A stretch of DNA of 64,000 bases from Candidatus Wolframiiraptor sinensis (GTDB taxonomy: Archaea > Thermoproteota > Nitrososphaeria_A > Caldarchaeales > Wolframiiraptoraceae): the NCBI GenBank assembly GCA_023261815.1, contig JALNKA010000002.1:36340-100339 (forward strand). Direction: 5' to 3'. This document shows positions 8,568 through 17,869 of the stretch, one piece after another. A program made the translations under genes and the position numbers. Positions within the stretch are counted from its first letter, which is position 1. Each line of letters begins with the position of its first letter. Below the pieces are notes generated by a model. It was not told the origin of the DNA. It saw only the letters and a program-made list of their open reading frames with translations, and searched no databases.

Positions 8568-10442
8568 ATGCGCGGCTACGGCAAGATAGCGGAAGTGGAT
8601 TTAACGGAGGGTCGAGTCCGCGTCTCCGATCCGGATGAAAGGCTCATCCGGGACTTCATAGGAGGAAGAGGATGGTGCGCGCAGATAATCTTTGAGAATC
8701 TCGAGGGCATAATTCACGGAACGCATCCGTCGAACGTTCTCGTGGTGGCGACTGGACCGCTGGCGGCGACGGGCTTCCTGGGAGGATGTAAGACGAGCTT
8801 CGCGGCGATCAGCCCTCAGACCGGCATGTATGGCGACAGCAGCGTTGGGGGATACTTTGGCTACATGATGAGGAGGGCGGGCTTCGACGCGCTCGTGATA
8901 AGGGGAAGGGCCAGCGCACCGAGCTACCTGCTGGTGGATGATGGCGGCGTTGAGGTCATCGAGGATCAAGGGCTTTGGGGCATGAGCTCCAAGGACGCCG
9001 ATCGCGCGCTCCGGGAAAAGTATGGAGACTGCTCTGTGGCGACTATAGGGGTCGCCGGGGAGAAGATGGTGGTGTATGCGTCGATAAACGTGGATTGGGG
9101 CGTTAGGGAGCGAAGGCATTCCCAGGCCGGGAGAACGGGCATGGGGGCCGTTATGGGGAGCAAGAACCTGAAGGCGATCGTGGCCCGCGGAAGCGGGTCT
9201 GTGGAAGTCGCGGATCAGGAGAGGCTAAGGGAGGTGAATAGAAGACTCGTCCAGGAGGTTAAGTCGAGCCCTGCCTATGAGAGCTGGATGAAATATGGAA
9301 CGAACATGACCATCGAGTGGGCGAACGGCGTCGAGGCGTTGCCGGCATACAACTTCCAGAAGACGGTATACGAGTATGCCGAGGCGATCTCGGGAAAAGC
9401 GGTTCACGAGTCTCAGGCCTACGTCTCCGCCTGCGCTAACTGCATAATCCCATGCGGCCATGCTCTGAAGATAGATGATGATTTCGTCGTCGTTGATTAC
9501 GAGAATCTGGCAATGCTCGGCTCGAATCTTGGACTTAGAACGCTTCAGGAGGTGGCGATGGCGAATTACCTCTGCGACTACTACGGCATTGACACGATAA
9601 GCGCCGGATCGGTGATAGCATTTCTGATAGAGTGCTTTCAGAGGGGCTTGATCACGCGGGATGAGCTCGGCTTCGAGATCACGTGGGGCGAGGCCGACAA
9701 GATCTACAAGCTCATAGAGATGATAGCTCAAAGGAGAGGGATAGGAAGCCTGCTGGCCCAAGGCGTTAAGGCGGTTGCGAGCTACGTCAAAAGGGGCTCG
9801 GAGAAGTTCGCGATGCACGTGAAATGCCTGGAGATAAGCGCATATGATCATAGGGCTGCGACGGCCATGGCCCTGAGCTACGCGACATGCGATATAGGCG
9901 CGCACCATAACAGGTCATGGGCGATAACGTATGACGTGGAGGCTGGAAGAACCAGCTATGGCCGCGATAAGGCGGAGAGGGTGATCTATCTGCAGCATAT
10001 TAGGCCATTATTCGACATGCTCGGCGTATGCAGGCTGCCGTGGGTCGAGCTGAAGATAGACCCCGGGATCTACGCTGAGGCATACTCGGCCGTCACGGGC
10101 AGGGAGACATCGCTTGATGAGCTTCTCAAGTGCTCGGAGAGAGTCTGGAACCTAGTCAGGATTATCGCCTTCCTCAAGAAGGGGATAAGCGCGAAGGATG
10201 ACACGCTCCCGGCAAGGGACTTCGAGGACCCTGTGCCAGAGGGCGAGACAAAGGGCGCGATCCTGGATAGGGAGAAGTTCGCTGCCCTCCTCAGAGCATA
10301 CTATGAACTGAGAGGCTGGGATGAGAACGGCCTGCCGACTCCTCAGAAGCTGATGGAGCTCGGGCTGAATGAGGCCCTCGCAAAGTTACATGCATCAATT
10401 CAAGAAGCGGGGAAGACGCGGATATACGAGTTCGAGTTCTAG
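8568..10442 (+). CDS. Tungsten-dependent aldehyde:ferredoxin oxidoreductase family, FOR-like
   Basis: FIGGRG, AGRTGMGAVMGSKNLKA, CANCIIPC, DYENLAMLG, CDYYGIDTIS, IGAHH, CRLPWVE (FOR-type). Confidence 0.9.
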   Translation: MRGYGKIAEVDLTEGRVRVSDPDERLIRDFIGGRGWCAQIIFENLEGIIHGTHPSNVLVVATGPLAATGFLGGCKTSFAAISPQTGMYGDSSVGGYFGYMMRRAGFDALVIRGRASAPSYLLVDDGGVEVIEDQGLWGMSSKDADRALREKYGDCSVATIGVAGEKMVVYASINVDWGVRERRHSQAGRTGMGAVMGSKNLKAIVARGSGSVEVADQERLREVNRRLVQEVKSSPAYESWMKYGTNMTIEWANGVEALPAYNFQKTVYEYAEAISGKAVHESQAYVSACANCIIPCGHALKIDDDFVVVDYENLAMLGSNLGLRTLQEVAMANYLCDYYGIDTISAGSVIAFLIECFQRGLITRDELGFEITWGEADKIYKLIEMIAQRRGIGSLLAQGVKAVASYVKRGSEKFAMHVKCLEISAYDHRAATAMALSYATCDIGAHHNRSWAITYDVEAGRTSYGRDKAERVIYLQHIRPLFDMLGVCRLPWVELKIDPGIYAEAYSAVTGRETSLDELLKCSERVWNLVRIIAFLKKGISAKDDTLPARDFEDPVPEGETKGAILDREKFAALLRAYYELRGWDENGLPTPQKLMELGLNEALAKLHASIQEAGKTRIYEFEF

Positions 10443-10525
10443 GAATGCTCGCAGTATATCTCGGCTACGCCCTGAAAGGATAACCATAATAATAGTGCCG
10501 GTTCGCTAGCTTCTGGCCGGAGATC

Positions 10526-11008
10526 ATGCCCAGAAGACCTAGAAACCCCTCCTCGCCGAGATATAAGGCGAGAATGGGCTATGAAGGAGAATATTATCTC
10601 GTGAGGATGTTCGCTGACCGTGGGGAGCCTGGGACATACGCTGTTAGAACTCCTGGAAGCGGCTCTGGAAAGCTCCCGAAGCCCGATGTAATAGCGGTTG
10701 ACTCCGGCGAGCTCCTGGCCATCGAGGTCAAGTCCACGAACAAGCCCTACGCGATATTGAACAGCTCGCAGGTCGAGAGGCTCCTGGAGTTCTGCAGGCT
10801 CTTCGCGGTTAGATGCCCGCACTGCGGGGCCGAGATAAGGCCGAAGCCCATCATAGCTGCGAGATTCCTCAATAGGGAGTGGAGCTTCGCCGAGATCCCG
10901 CTGAGCTGGAAGGGCTCGATCACGTTGAGGATGCCTGGCCCAGCCTCTGCCGGCGGCCGATCACCTTCCCACCAGCTGGTGAAAGGCGCGGAGAAAGCAT
11001 CTCGATAG
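10526..11008 (+). CDS. hjc: Archaeal Holliday junction resolvase
   Basis: GYEGEYYLV, RTPGSGS, PDVIA, AIEVKST PD-(D/E)XK motif; extra CPHC insert. Confidence 0.85.
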   Translation: MPRRPRNPSSPRYKARMGYEGEYYLVRMFADRGEPGTYAVRTPGSGSGKLPKPDVIAVDSGELLAIEVKSTNKPYAILNSSQVERLLEFCRLFAVRCPHCGAEIRPKPIIAARFLNREWSFAEIPLSWKGSITLRMPGPASAGGRSPSHQLVKGAEKASR

Positions 11009-11288
11009 ATGAGAGCTCTAGGAGATGCTGGCTCAGGAAATGACTTAGCGTCGGCGCGTTCTTCATCCACTTGCGCTCACTCGGCTTCGAGAGATAGCCC
11101 ACGGATACTAGGGCTTGAAGCAGGTTTCCAACGCGCCTCCTCCTATTCCGATCCGCCTTAACCTCGTCTGGAAGTCTCTCGATGACGTCGGTTAATGTGA
11201 ATGGCTCCTCGCTCATCGAGGCGACAGCGGCGAGTATCTTCTCGACGTCCTCCACTTTGAGCTTCTTAGCTCTCCAAGCCAGCATCAT
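10920..11288 (-). CDS. Hypothetical small winged-helix-like protein
   Basis: EPFTLTDVIERL...RRVGNLLQALVSVGYLSK resembles a wHTH. Start refined to ATG 11288. Confidence 0.55.
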   Translation of the reverse strand: MMLAWRAKKLKVEDVEKILAAVASMSEEPFTLTDVIERLPDEVKADRNRRRRVGNLLQALVSVGYLSKPSERKWMKNAPTLSHFLSQHLLELSSIEMLSPRLSPAGGKVIGRRQRLGQASST

Positions 11289-11314
11289 GATTATGGGGTT
11301 GGCTCTTCGGCCGC

Positions 11315-12886
11315 TCAACCGCCGCCCGCCTCCAGCTTCCTCAACAGGACGTCGGGTGGAATCATCACCGACTTGCCGCACCCGCATGTGAACTTCAGCC
11401 TACATCCGCTTGACTCGAGCTCCTCGAGCTCCTCAGCCGTCGGTGAGATGACGACCGAGACCTCGCCACATGAGGGGCACTTTATCCTAAACCTCTTGCC
11501 TTGATTAAGCGTCCTCAGCTTCACGGCCTCACCGCTAGGCGCGATCGCCTCGAGCGATGGCCTTAGCTGCTCGGCCTGGACAGCCTGAGGCTTAGCCTTC
11601 ACGAGTTTTCTAAGGGAGCTTAACTCCTCCTCCAAAGCCTCCTTCTCCTCTCGCAGCCTCCTAACCTCTTTCTCGAGCTGATCAAAGGCCTTCTTCGGGG
11701 CGAACTCGCCCCTGACATACGGTATGATTAGTGATACCAACTCCTCCCTGATCTTGTTCAGGAGATGGGGCTCAAGTGGCTTTAAGGCCGGAAGCTCGCC
11801 CCTCTTGATCTTCAAGATCCTCTGAAGATGTGTGACGAGCGGCTCAAGATCCTCCGCATCAATGGCGTCGGGCTCCGCGAAGAGCTTTAGGATGGAGTAT
11901 GCTGCCGCGAGCTCGCCCTCAAGTATCTCGAGATAAGACTGCCTATTCTCGATCTCCTTCTCCAGAGCAGCCAGCCTCCCCTGTTCCTCCTCCATCCTCT
12001 TTCTAATCTCCTCGATGTTGGCCCGTGCTCCAATAAGTTGCGCCACCTCGCTCCGCAGTGAATCCCTTTCAGCCCTCAGCCTCTCAACCTCTGATTCAAA
12101 CTCTTTGATTATTTTACGTAGCTCTTCGATTGAGGCCTTATAGCCAAGGAGAGCATCGAGCTCTGATCTAGTGCTCTCCAATCGCCTGGATACGTCATAG
12201 AGCTCAACCTCGGCCTGTTTAATGCTCTCCTCCAAAGCCTCCCGGGCCCTCTTCAAGTCCTCCAGATCGCCAGCTATCCCATGTACCTCCTCGATCTCCT
12301 TGAGAAGCCTCTTCTTCTCGCTCTCGAGATTCTCCAAGCTCCTCCTTATCTCCTCAATAGCGCTCTCGAGCTCCTTGATCGATGACTCATAGCTCTCGAT
12401 GTTCTTCAGCCTATTCAGTATCTCCTCAACATCGTATCCCGCCTCCTTCATGAAGTTCAGCGCTCTCAAGGCCTTCTCGAGGTCGCCTAAGTCGAGCCCC
12501 CTCGCCCTCAAGTCCCCAACCAGCCTTCCAATGCTCTGAACGGCCTCCAAGGTCAGTTTATACTGCTCCATGTAAAGCTTGAGATCCTCCTCCATTTGCC
12601 TGCGCTTATCCATGAGCTGCTCGATGGAGTACTTGAGCTTGACCTCATCGGCCACAAGCTTCTCATAGCTCTTGACGAGGGCCGCGTAGCTCTTCCCATA
12701 ACGCCTCTCCAGCTCTCTTAATCTCAGAGCGGTGGTGATGTATCGCTTAATTCTCGCCTTACTCCAGCCGAGCTCCTCGGCCAGCTTGATGAAGGAGAGA
12801 AGCTTCTCCCGCGGTATAGCAATCTCGATCCTCGGAGTCTCGGCGACCACCACCTCAAAGCTCTCATCGCTCAAATCTTCCGCCAC
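11315..12886 (-). CDS. Long coiled-coil protein with C-terminal zinc ribbon
   Basis: Heptad E/K/L-rich over most of its length; C-terminal CPSC...CGCG; no Walker A. Confidence 0.7.
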   Translation of the reverse strand: MAEDLSDESFEVVVAETPRIEIAIPREKLLSFIKLAEELGWSKARIKRYITTALRLRELERRYGKSYAALVKSYEKLVADEVKLKYSIEQLMDKRRQMEEDLKLYMEQYKLTLEAVQSIGRLVGDLRARGLDLGDLEKALRALNFMKEAGYDVEEILNRLKNIESYESSIKELESAIEEIRRSLENLESEKKRLLKEIEEVHGIAGDLEDLKRAREALEESIKQAEVELYDVSRRLESTRSELDALLGYKASIEELRKIIKEFESEVERLRAERDSLRSEVAQLIGARANIEEIRKRMEEEQGRLAALEKEIENRQSYLEILEGELAAAYSILKLFAEPDAIDAEDLEPLVTHLQRILKIKRGELPALKPLEPHLLNKIREELVSLIIPYVRGEFAPKKAFDQLEKEVRRLREEKEALEEELSSLRKLVKAKPQAVQAEQLRPSLEAIAPSGEAVKLRTLNQGKRFRIKCPSCGEVSVVISPTAEELEELESSGCRLKFTCGCGKSVMIPPDVLLRKLEAGGG

Positions 12887-12961
12887 ATATGTCTAACTCA
12901 TAAAAAGGATATAAAAATAGTGGTTTCCCGGGGGAGACCCCGAGTACCCGCTTCTAACGGG

Positions 12962-13369
12962 CTATCTTCGCCTGAAACGCCTTGGAGGTCTTCTACCGCC
13001 GAAGCTCATCTGCGGCTGGGGGCTCTCGGAGAGATTGTTATCCAGATTTACCTCTTCTATAGCTTCATCGACCTCCTCGACCGATCCATATCGCCCCAAG
13101 TTTAGTTGCATCTTCCCCTTGAAGAGTTTAATGAAGCCATTCGTCACCTTGATTGTCGAGCCCTCCCTGATATCATCTATCTTATCATCCCAGAGAACCA
13201 GGTTTATCGCTCCCGTCTCATCAGCTATCAGGGCCTCGCTAAGCCTATGTTCCCTTTGATCATATTGCGATGAGACAACCCTTTCCGGCGACTTGCTAAT
13301 AACTTTCGCGATCAAATTCACGTTTCTAGAGCGCGGATTTAACTGGCCTATCTTTACCAACTCACTCAT
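12962..13369 (-). CDS. ssb: Single-stranded DNA-binding protein (single OB fold, crenarchaeal type)
   Basis: VNLIAKVISK, ALIADETGAINLVLWD, NGFIKLFKGKMQLNLGRYG; G/R/P-rich tail. Confidence 0.9.
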   Translation of the reverse strand: MSELVKIGQLNPRSRNVNLIAKVISKSPERVVSSQYDQREHRLSEALIADETGAINLVLWDDKIDDIREGSTIKVTNGFIKLFKGKMQLNLGRYGSVEEVDEAIEEVNLDNNLSESPQPQMSFGGRRPPRRFRRR

Positions 13370-13424
13370 TCCCTTTACGACTCCTTTTGGACAGGATTTT
13401 GTTCCTCGCCTATTATATAAGTAT

Positions 13425-15014
13425 TCAGGTTTGCTGGAGGCTCGAGCGGAGTATCTCCAGCGCCCTATCCTTTCCTAGGTCCCAGAGAAAGGCTCCGAGC
13501 CTCGGGCCGCTCTCCCTACCTAAGAAGATCAGGTAGAGCTTCTTGAAGAACTCCCTCGGGGATAGGCCGGCGCTTCTCGCCGCCTGGAAGATCGCGGACT
13601 GAATATCCTCGCCGTTCTGCGAGGCCTTAATCAGCTCCATGAGCTCGCCGATCGCCTTTCTCTCCTCCTCGGATAGCTCGACGGGCTTTCTTTCAACCGC
13701 CCCCAGATCTCTCGCATAGTTTATCGCGAGCCTGATTTTCTCCATCGTCCTCTCATCCAGCTCGTACCCATATCTTCTAAGCCTGGTTACAATGAACTCG
13801 AGCTCCTTTCCATCGGGCGCGACCAACGCGAGCTCCACGATCAGGGAATATGGTACGTGGGGTGAGGGTTTCTCGGGGGGTCTCAGGAGATGGGAGTACA
13901 GGTATAATCCCCTGAGCTTAGCCATTTCCAGCTCGTTATCCACTCTAACCTTGCCGAAGTAGACGTCTTCTAGGTAGTCCAGCTCATCCATGAGCCTCGG
14001 AATTGTGTGGAGCGTTAGAACGCGGGTTCCAACAGCCCGCTTAAAGAGCAGCAGGAGAAGGCTCTGGGGAACTCCATACTTGTACCAGAGCTGGGGCGTG
14101 AAAACGTTTCCAAGAGACTTCGAGATCTTTCTCCCGGAGGCGTCCAAAAACATCTCGTATCGCACGTGCATCGGCGGCTCGAATCCTAGAATCTCCCTCG
14201 ATATCCAGTCATTCACCTTCACGGAGTCCGCGATATCCTTGCCGTAAGCCTCGAATCTTATGTCTAGGGCTGCCCACCTCGCCGCGAACTCCGTCTTCCA
14301 CGCGAGCTTACCATCATCCCTCCTGATATCGGCCTCGCCCTCATACCCGCATCCCTCGAAATATCTCCCCCTAACCTCCACGCCGACGCACCTATACTTC
14401 ACGACCCTCCTCTCCGGATCATACTCGTATGCCTGCGTCGTGTATATCCTGCCGCAGCTCTTGCATACCGCGAAGTAGGGGAGCATCTGCTTGAACTTCG
14501 TCTGGCCCGTCAGCTCCTCGATCTTCTCGCCTATAATTCTCGCGCTCATCAGAATCTTATGGATCTCCTCGGATAGGAGCCCGGAGGCGTAGGTCTGCCT
14601 GCCCGACAAGTATTTGCACTCTATCCCGGCTTTCTCGAGCCCATCCTTCAGCATCCCGCTCATGTGAGCGGCGAACGACTCGTGGCAGCCGTAAGGATCC
14701 GGGATCGATGAGACCGGCTTTAGAAGATATTCCTCGAGCTCTCTCGGCATTCCGGCTGGAACTCTTCTGAGCCCATCCATGTCGTCGGTGAAGGCTATGC
14801 ACTCCGAGTTGTATCCAAGCTCTTTAAGGGCGAGGGTCACGCCATACGCTCTCACGGCATCAGCCATGCTTCCGATGTGAGGTATCCCGGAGGCTCCTAG
14901 ACCGCTCTCAGCCCTTATTACGTCCAGGCTTCTGCCAAGCTTCTTCTCCCTCTCGATGAGCTCGGCCGCGACCTTATCCATCCAAGTCCCATGGCCTATG
15001 ATCTTCCTCGGCAT
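13425..15014 (-). CDS. lysS: Class I lysyl-tRNA synthetase
   Basis: ASGIPHIGS (HIGH-like), DDMDGLRRVP, GKLAWK, KISKSLGN, GPRLG. Start refined to MPRKIIGHG. Confidence 0.95.
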   Translation of the reverse strand: MPRKIIGHGTWMDKVAAELIEREKKLGRSLDVIRAESGLGASGIPHIGSMADAVRAYGVTLALKELGYNSECIAFTDDMDGLRRVPAGMPRELEEYLLKPVSSIPDPYGCHESFAAHMSGMLKDGLEKAGIECKYLSGRQTYASGLLSEEIHKILMSARIIGEKIEELTGQTKFKQMLPYFAVCKSCGRIYTTQAYEYDPERRVVKYRCVGVEVRGRYFEGCGYEGEADIRRDDGKLAWKTEFAARWAALDIRFEAYGKDIADSVKVNDWISREILGFEPPMHVRYEMFLDASGRKISKSLGNVFTPQLWYKYGVPQSLLLLLFKRAVGTRVLTLHTIPRLMDELDYLEDVYFGKVRVDNELEMAKLRGLYLYSHLLRPPEKPSPHVPYSLIVELALVAPDGKELEFIVTRLRRYGYELDERTMEKIRLAINYARDLGAVERKPVELSEEERKAIGELMELIKASQNGEDIQSAIFQAARSAGLSPREFFKKLYLIFLGRESGPRLGAFLWDLGKDRALEILRSSLQQT

Positions 15015-15045
15015 ATCCGGTAGAATCCCGGGGAAGCAGCCTCTA

Positions 15046-15900
15046 TTAGCGTTTCCTGCCATAAACGCATCGAGACCTCTCATCATAGCTCGCATCGAAG
15101 CCCGCCTGCCTAAGCCTCTCAAGAACGCCCCTCCATATCTTCTTGCCGCTGTGTATTCCCGGCTGGCCGACGTAGTGCACGATTCTCCCACCGGGCTTGA
15201 GGGCCTTAGCGAGCCTCATATAGAACTCGAGGCTATAGAGGTTCCCGGCGAGCGATATTCTCGGGGGATCATGGATCACAACGTCGAACTCTTCCTCAAA
15301 TTCATTTATGGCCTCGAAGGCGTCGCCGAGCACGAGCTCGACTCTATCATCTTCAAGCTCCCATGACCATGGATTGAGCGCGGCGAGCCTCAGGACGTTC
15401 TCATCCTTTTCTATAGTCACTATCGAGCATGCTCCTCTCCTCAGCGCGGCCGCCGCCGTGTAGCCGAGCCCGGTGCAGACGTCGAGGGCCCTCCTGCACC
15501 TAAGGTCTCCGAGGAGAGCCACCTTCATCTCCGAGTCCACATCCGGCGTTACGTCGAGTATCCTGTGCATGTGTATTCCATCTATCTCGAGGGTTGGAGG
15601 CTTACCCCACTTCACTAGGACGAGCTTGTAGAAGTGCTCCGATGCTATTGATAGCGGCATAAGCCGGCCGCCCTCGATCGCGTAGATATCCCTCTCCCTG
15701 GAGCGGGCGAGCTCGACGTAATCCCAGCCGAGCTCCACATCGCCGCAGCGCATCCCGTGATCGAGGAGCTCAACCTCAACGTAGCTTCTGCCGAGATCCA
15801 GCGATGTCCTGATGCTCCTGAGGCCTCGGCGCCTTCCTTCGAGAAGCTGCCCGGCCACGTGGCTGCATATCAGGGGCTTCCTCAGAGCCCTAAACTTCAT
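15046..15900 (-). CDS. SAM-dependent methyltransferase (COG2521-like)
   Basis: PTLEIDGIHMH, LDVCTGLGYTA, NPWS, IHDPPR. Confidence 0.85.
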   Translation of the reverse strand: MKFRALRKPLICSHVAGQLLEGRRRGLRSIRTSLDLGRSYVEVELLDHGMRCGDVELGWDYVELARSRERDIYAIEGGRLMPLSIASEHFYKLVLVKWGKPPTLEIDGIHMHRILDVTPDVDSEMKVALLGDLRCRRALDVCTGLGYTAAAALRRGACSIVTIEKDENVLRLAALNPWSWELEDDRVELVLGDAFEAINEFEEEFDVVIHDPPRISLAGNLYSLEFYMRLAKALKPGGRIVHYVGQPGIHSGKKIWRGVLERLRQAGFDASYDERSRCVYGRKR

Positions 15901-15970
15901 CCAGTCTCTAGCCTAAGGGGGCAATATTTTAGAGGAATCCCGGATAAGCATATTCCATCCCGATGGAGAG

Positions 15971-16762
15971 ATGAAGCTGATAGTGGTCTCGAAGGCGGAT
16001 CCAACATCGATGCTCGTCGGCAGGCTCCTTCTCGAGGAGTATGATTTCAAGCCCATCGGAAATGACCTCTACGCGAGAGGAGGTATAGGCCTCAGGGTGA
16101 TAAGGGAGAAGCATGTTCACGCGAATGGATTGGGCGAGGATCTGAAGCCCGAGCTCCAGGTTGTCGCCTCATCCCATAGATCCGAGGCCGGCGTGAGAGC
16201 TCTTCTCACACACCCCGTTGGAAACTGGGGGGATGAGGTGCTCGTGGGAGGCCTTCCGAGAACACTATCGCCGACGAGCGCTATAGCTCTCTATGGAGCT
16301 CTGCAGGCGCTCCGGGATGCAGCCTCGAGCCTTGGACTTAATGAATGGAGCATAGGCCTGGAGGTTACTCATCACGGCCCAGCCACATCCATACCAACGA
16401 TATTCATTGAGGCTGGAGGCCCCTCGGGGGAGGCGCCGGATCAGAAAGCGGTCGAGGCCGTAGCGCGCGCATGCATGGCTGCCTGCGAGATCTGCTCGGG
16501 GCCGCCGCCGGCCGTCGGATTTGGGGGAGGGCACTACGCTCCCTCTTTCACGAGGCTCGCCCTGGCCGAGGAGTATTCTTTTGGCCACATGTGCCCGAAA
16601 TACGCCATGCCCGTGGATAGGGCGCTTATCGAGCAGGCATTCGAGAAGACCGTGGAGCGACCTAGGCTCGCCATCATAGACTGGAAGGGATTGCGAGGAC
16701 AGGATCGCGAGCTCCTATTATTAATTTTCAGAGATCTTGGGGTAGAATGGGTTAAGGTCTAA
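15971..16762 (+). CDS. dtdA: Archaeal D-aminoacyl-tRNA deacylase (DTD2)
   Basis: SSHRS, LLTHPVGN, EVTHHGP, FIEAG, GFGGGHYAP, GHMCPKY, IDWKG. Confidence 0.9.
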   Translation: MKLIVVSKADPTSMLVGRLLLEEYDFKPIGNDLYARGGIGLRVIREKHVHANGLGEDLKPELQVVASSHRSEAGVRALLTHPVGNWGDEVLVGGLPRTLSPTSAIALYGALQALRDAASSLGLNEWSIGLEVTHHGPATSIPTIFIEAGGPSGEAPDQKAVEAVARACMAACEICSGPPPAVGFGGGHYAPSFTRLALAEEYSFGHMCPKYAMPVDRALIEQAFEKTVERPRLAIIDWKGLRGQDRELLLLIFRDLGVEWVKV

Positions 16763-16832
16763 AGGTTGAGCGCGAGACTCCTAAAAGATAAATCTCAGGA
16801 CAACAGCAGGAAACAGTAAAGGAGGCGCTCCC

Positions 16833-17111
16833 TTGAAGATCACCGTTAAGACCTTTGCAACGCTCCGCGAGATATTTGGCGGCACCGGAATGCTCTATCT
16901 CGAGCTCCCAGAGGGCTCGACCATAGAGGATCTGCTCAAGAAGTTGGAGGAGCAGTATGGGTCGAGACTGGATATCAGCAGGCTCGTGGGCGAAAATTCG
17001 AACGTGAAGGTTCTTGTGAATGGAAGGGAGATAACATATTTAGATGGTTTAAGGACTAAACTAAGGGATGGAGACTCGGTCGCCTTCATACCACCAGTCG
17101 CAGGCGGATAA
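16833..17111 (+). CDS. MoaD/SAMP ubiquitin-like sulfur carrier
   Basis: FATLRE, VLVNGR, LRDGDSVAFIPPVAGG with C-terminal GG; GGAGG SD. Confidence 0.92.
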   Translation: MKITVKTFATLREIFGGTGMLYLELPEGSTIEDLLKKLEEQYGSRLDISRLVGENSNVKVLVNGREITYLDGLRTKLRDGDSVAFIPPVAGG

Positions 17112-17844
17112 GCTATCTCCTAGGGAGCTCGAGAGATATGATAGGCAGATAAGGTTTCTCGGTCTCGGCGTCGAGGGACAGCTGAAGCTGAAAAAGGCTA
17201 AAGTTTTGGTCGTGGGAGTCGGGGGGCTCGGGTCCGCCGCAACACTCTACCTCGCCTCCGCTGGAGTTGGCCTGCTGAGAATAGTTGATGACGGCGATGT
17301 GGAGCTCAGCAACCTCAACCGGCAGATACTATACGGCACGAGCGACCTCGGCAAGCCGAAGGTCGAGGTGGCCGCTAGGCGCCTCAAGGAGCTGAACCCT
17401 GAAGTGGAGATCGAGGCGATAAGAGAAAGGCTTATGGAGGGGAATTCCGGAGATCTACTATCTGGAGTGGATCTAGCGATTGATTGCCTCGATAATTTTA
17501 GGGCTAGGTTCATCTTGAATGATGCATGTGTGGAGCGCGGGAAACCGCTCATTCATGGCGCGATATATGGCATTGAGGGAAGGCTGATGACGATAATCCC
17601 GGGAAAAGGGCCATGCCTCAGATGCCTGATACCGAGGGAGCCCGCTGAGCAGGGAAGGATCCCGGTTCTAGGACCGCTTCCAGGAGTAGTTGGTTCTCTC
17701 GAGGCCCTAGAGGCCATAAAGATTATCACCGGCCTAGGCGAGCCAGCAATCGGAAAGCTCATAGTAATAGATGGGATGGACCTTTCTTTCCACGCGGTAG
17801 AAGTAAGGAGGAATCCGGGATGCCCCGTCTGCGGAGGAAAATAA
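17068..17844 (+). CDS. MoeB/ThiF/UbaA E1-like activating enzyme
   Basis: RYDRQ, VGVGGLGS, DDGDVELSNLNRQ, CLRC, CPVC. Start uncertain. Confidence 0.92.
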   Translation: METRSPSYHQSQADKLSPRELERYDRQIRFLGLGVEGQLKLKKAKVLVVGVGGLGSAATLYLASAGVGLLRIVDDGDVELSNLNRQILYGTSDLGKPKVEVAARRLKELNPEVEIEAIRERLMEGNSGDLLSGVDLAIDCLDNFRARFILNDACVERGKPLIHGAIYGIEGRLMTIIPGKGPCLRCLIPREPAEQGRIPVLGPLPGVVGSLEALEAIKIITGLGEPAIGKLIVIDGMDLSFHAVEVRRNPGCPVCGGK

Positions 17845-17869
17845 AAATTTGGGAGAGAAATGATGAAGC

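Noticed and set aside
10421-10460. GATATAC/GTATATC hairpin over the FOR stop codon as an H/ACA RNA
   Set aside because: No K-turn or ACA box; could be chance or a terminator-like hairpin.
11315-12886. SMC/Rad50 assignment for the coiled-coil protein
   Set aside because: No Walker A/B or signature motif, and the Cys cluster is terminal rather than a central hook.
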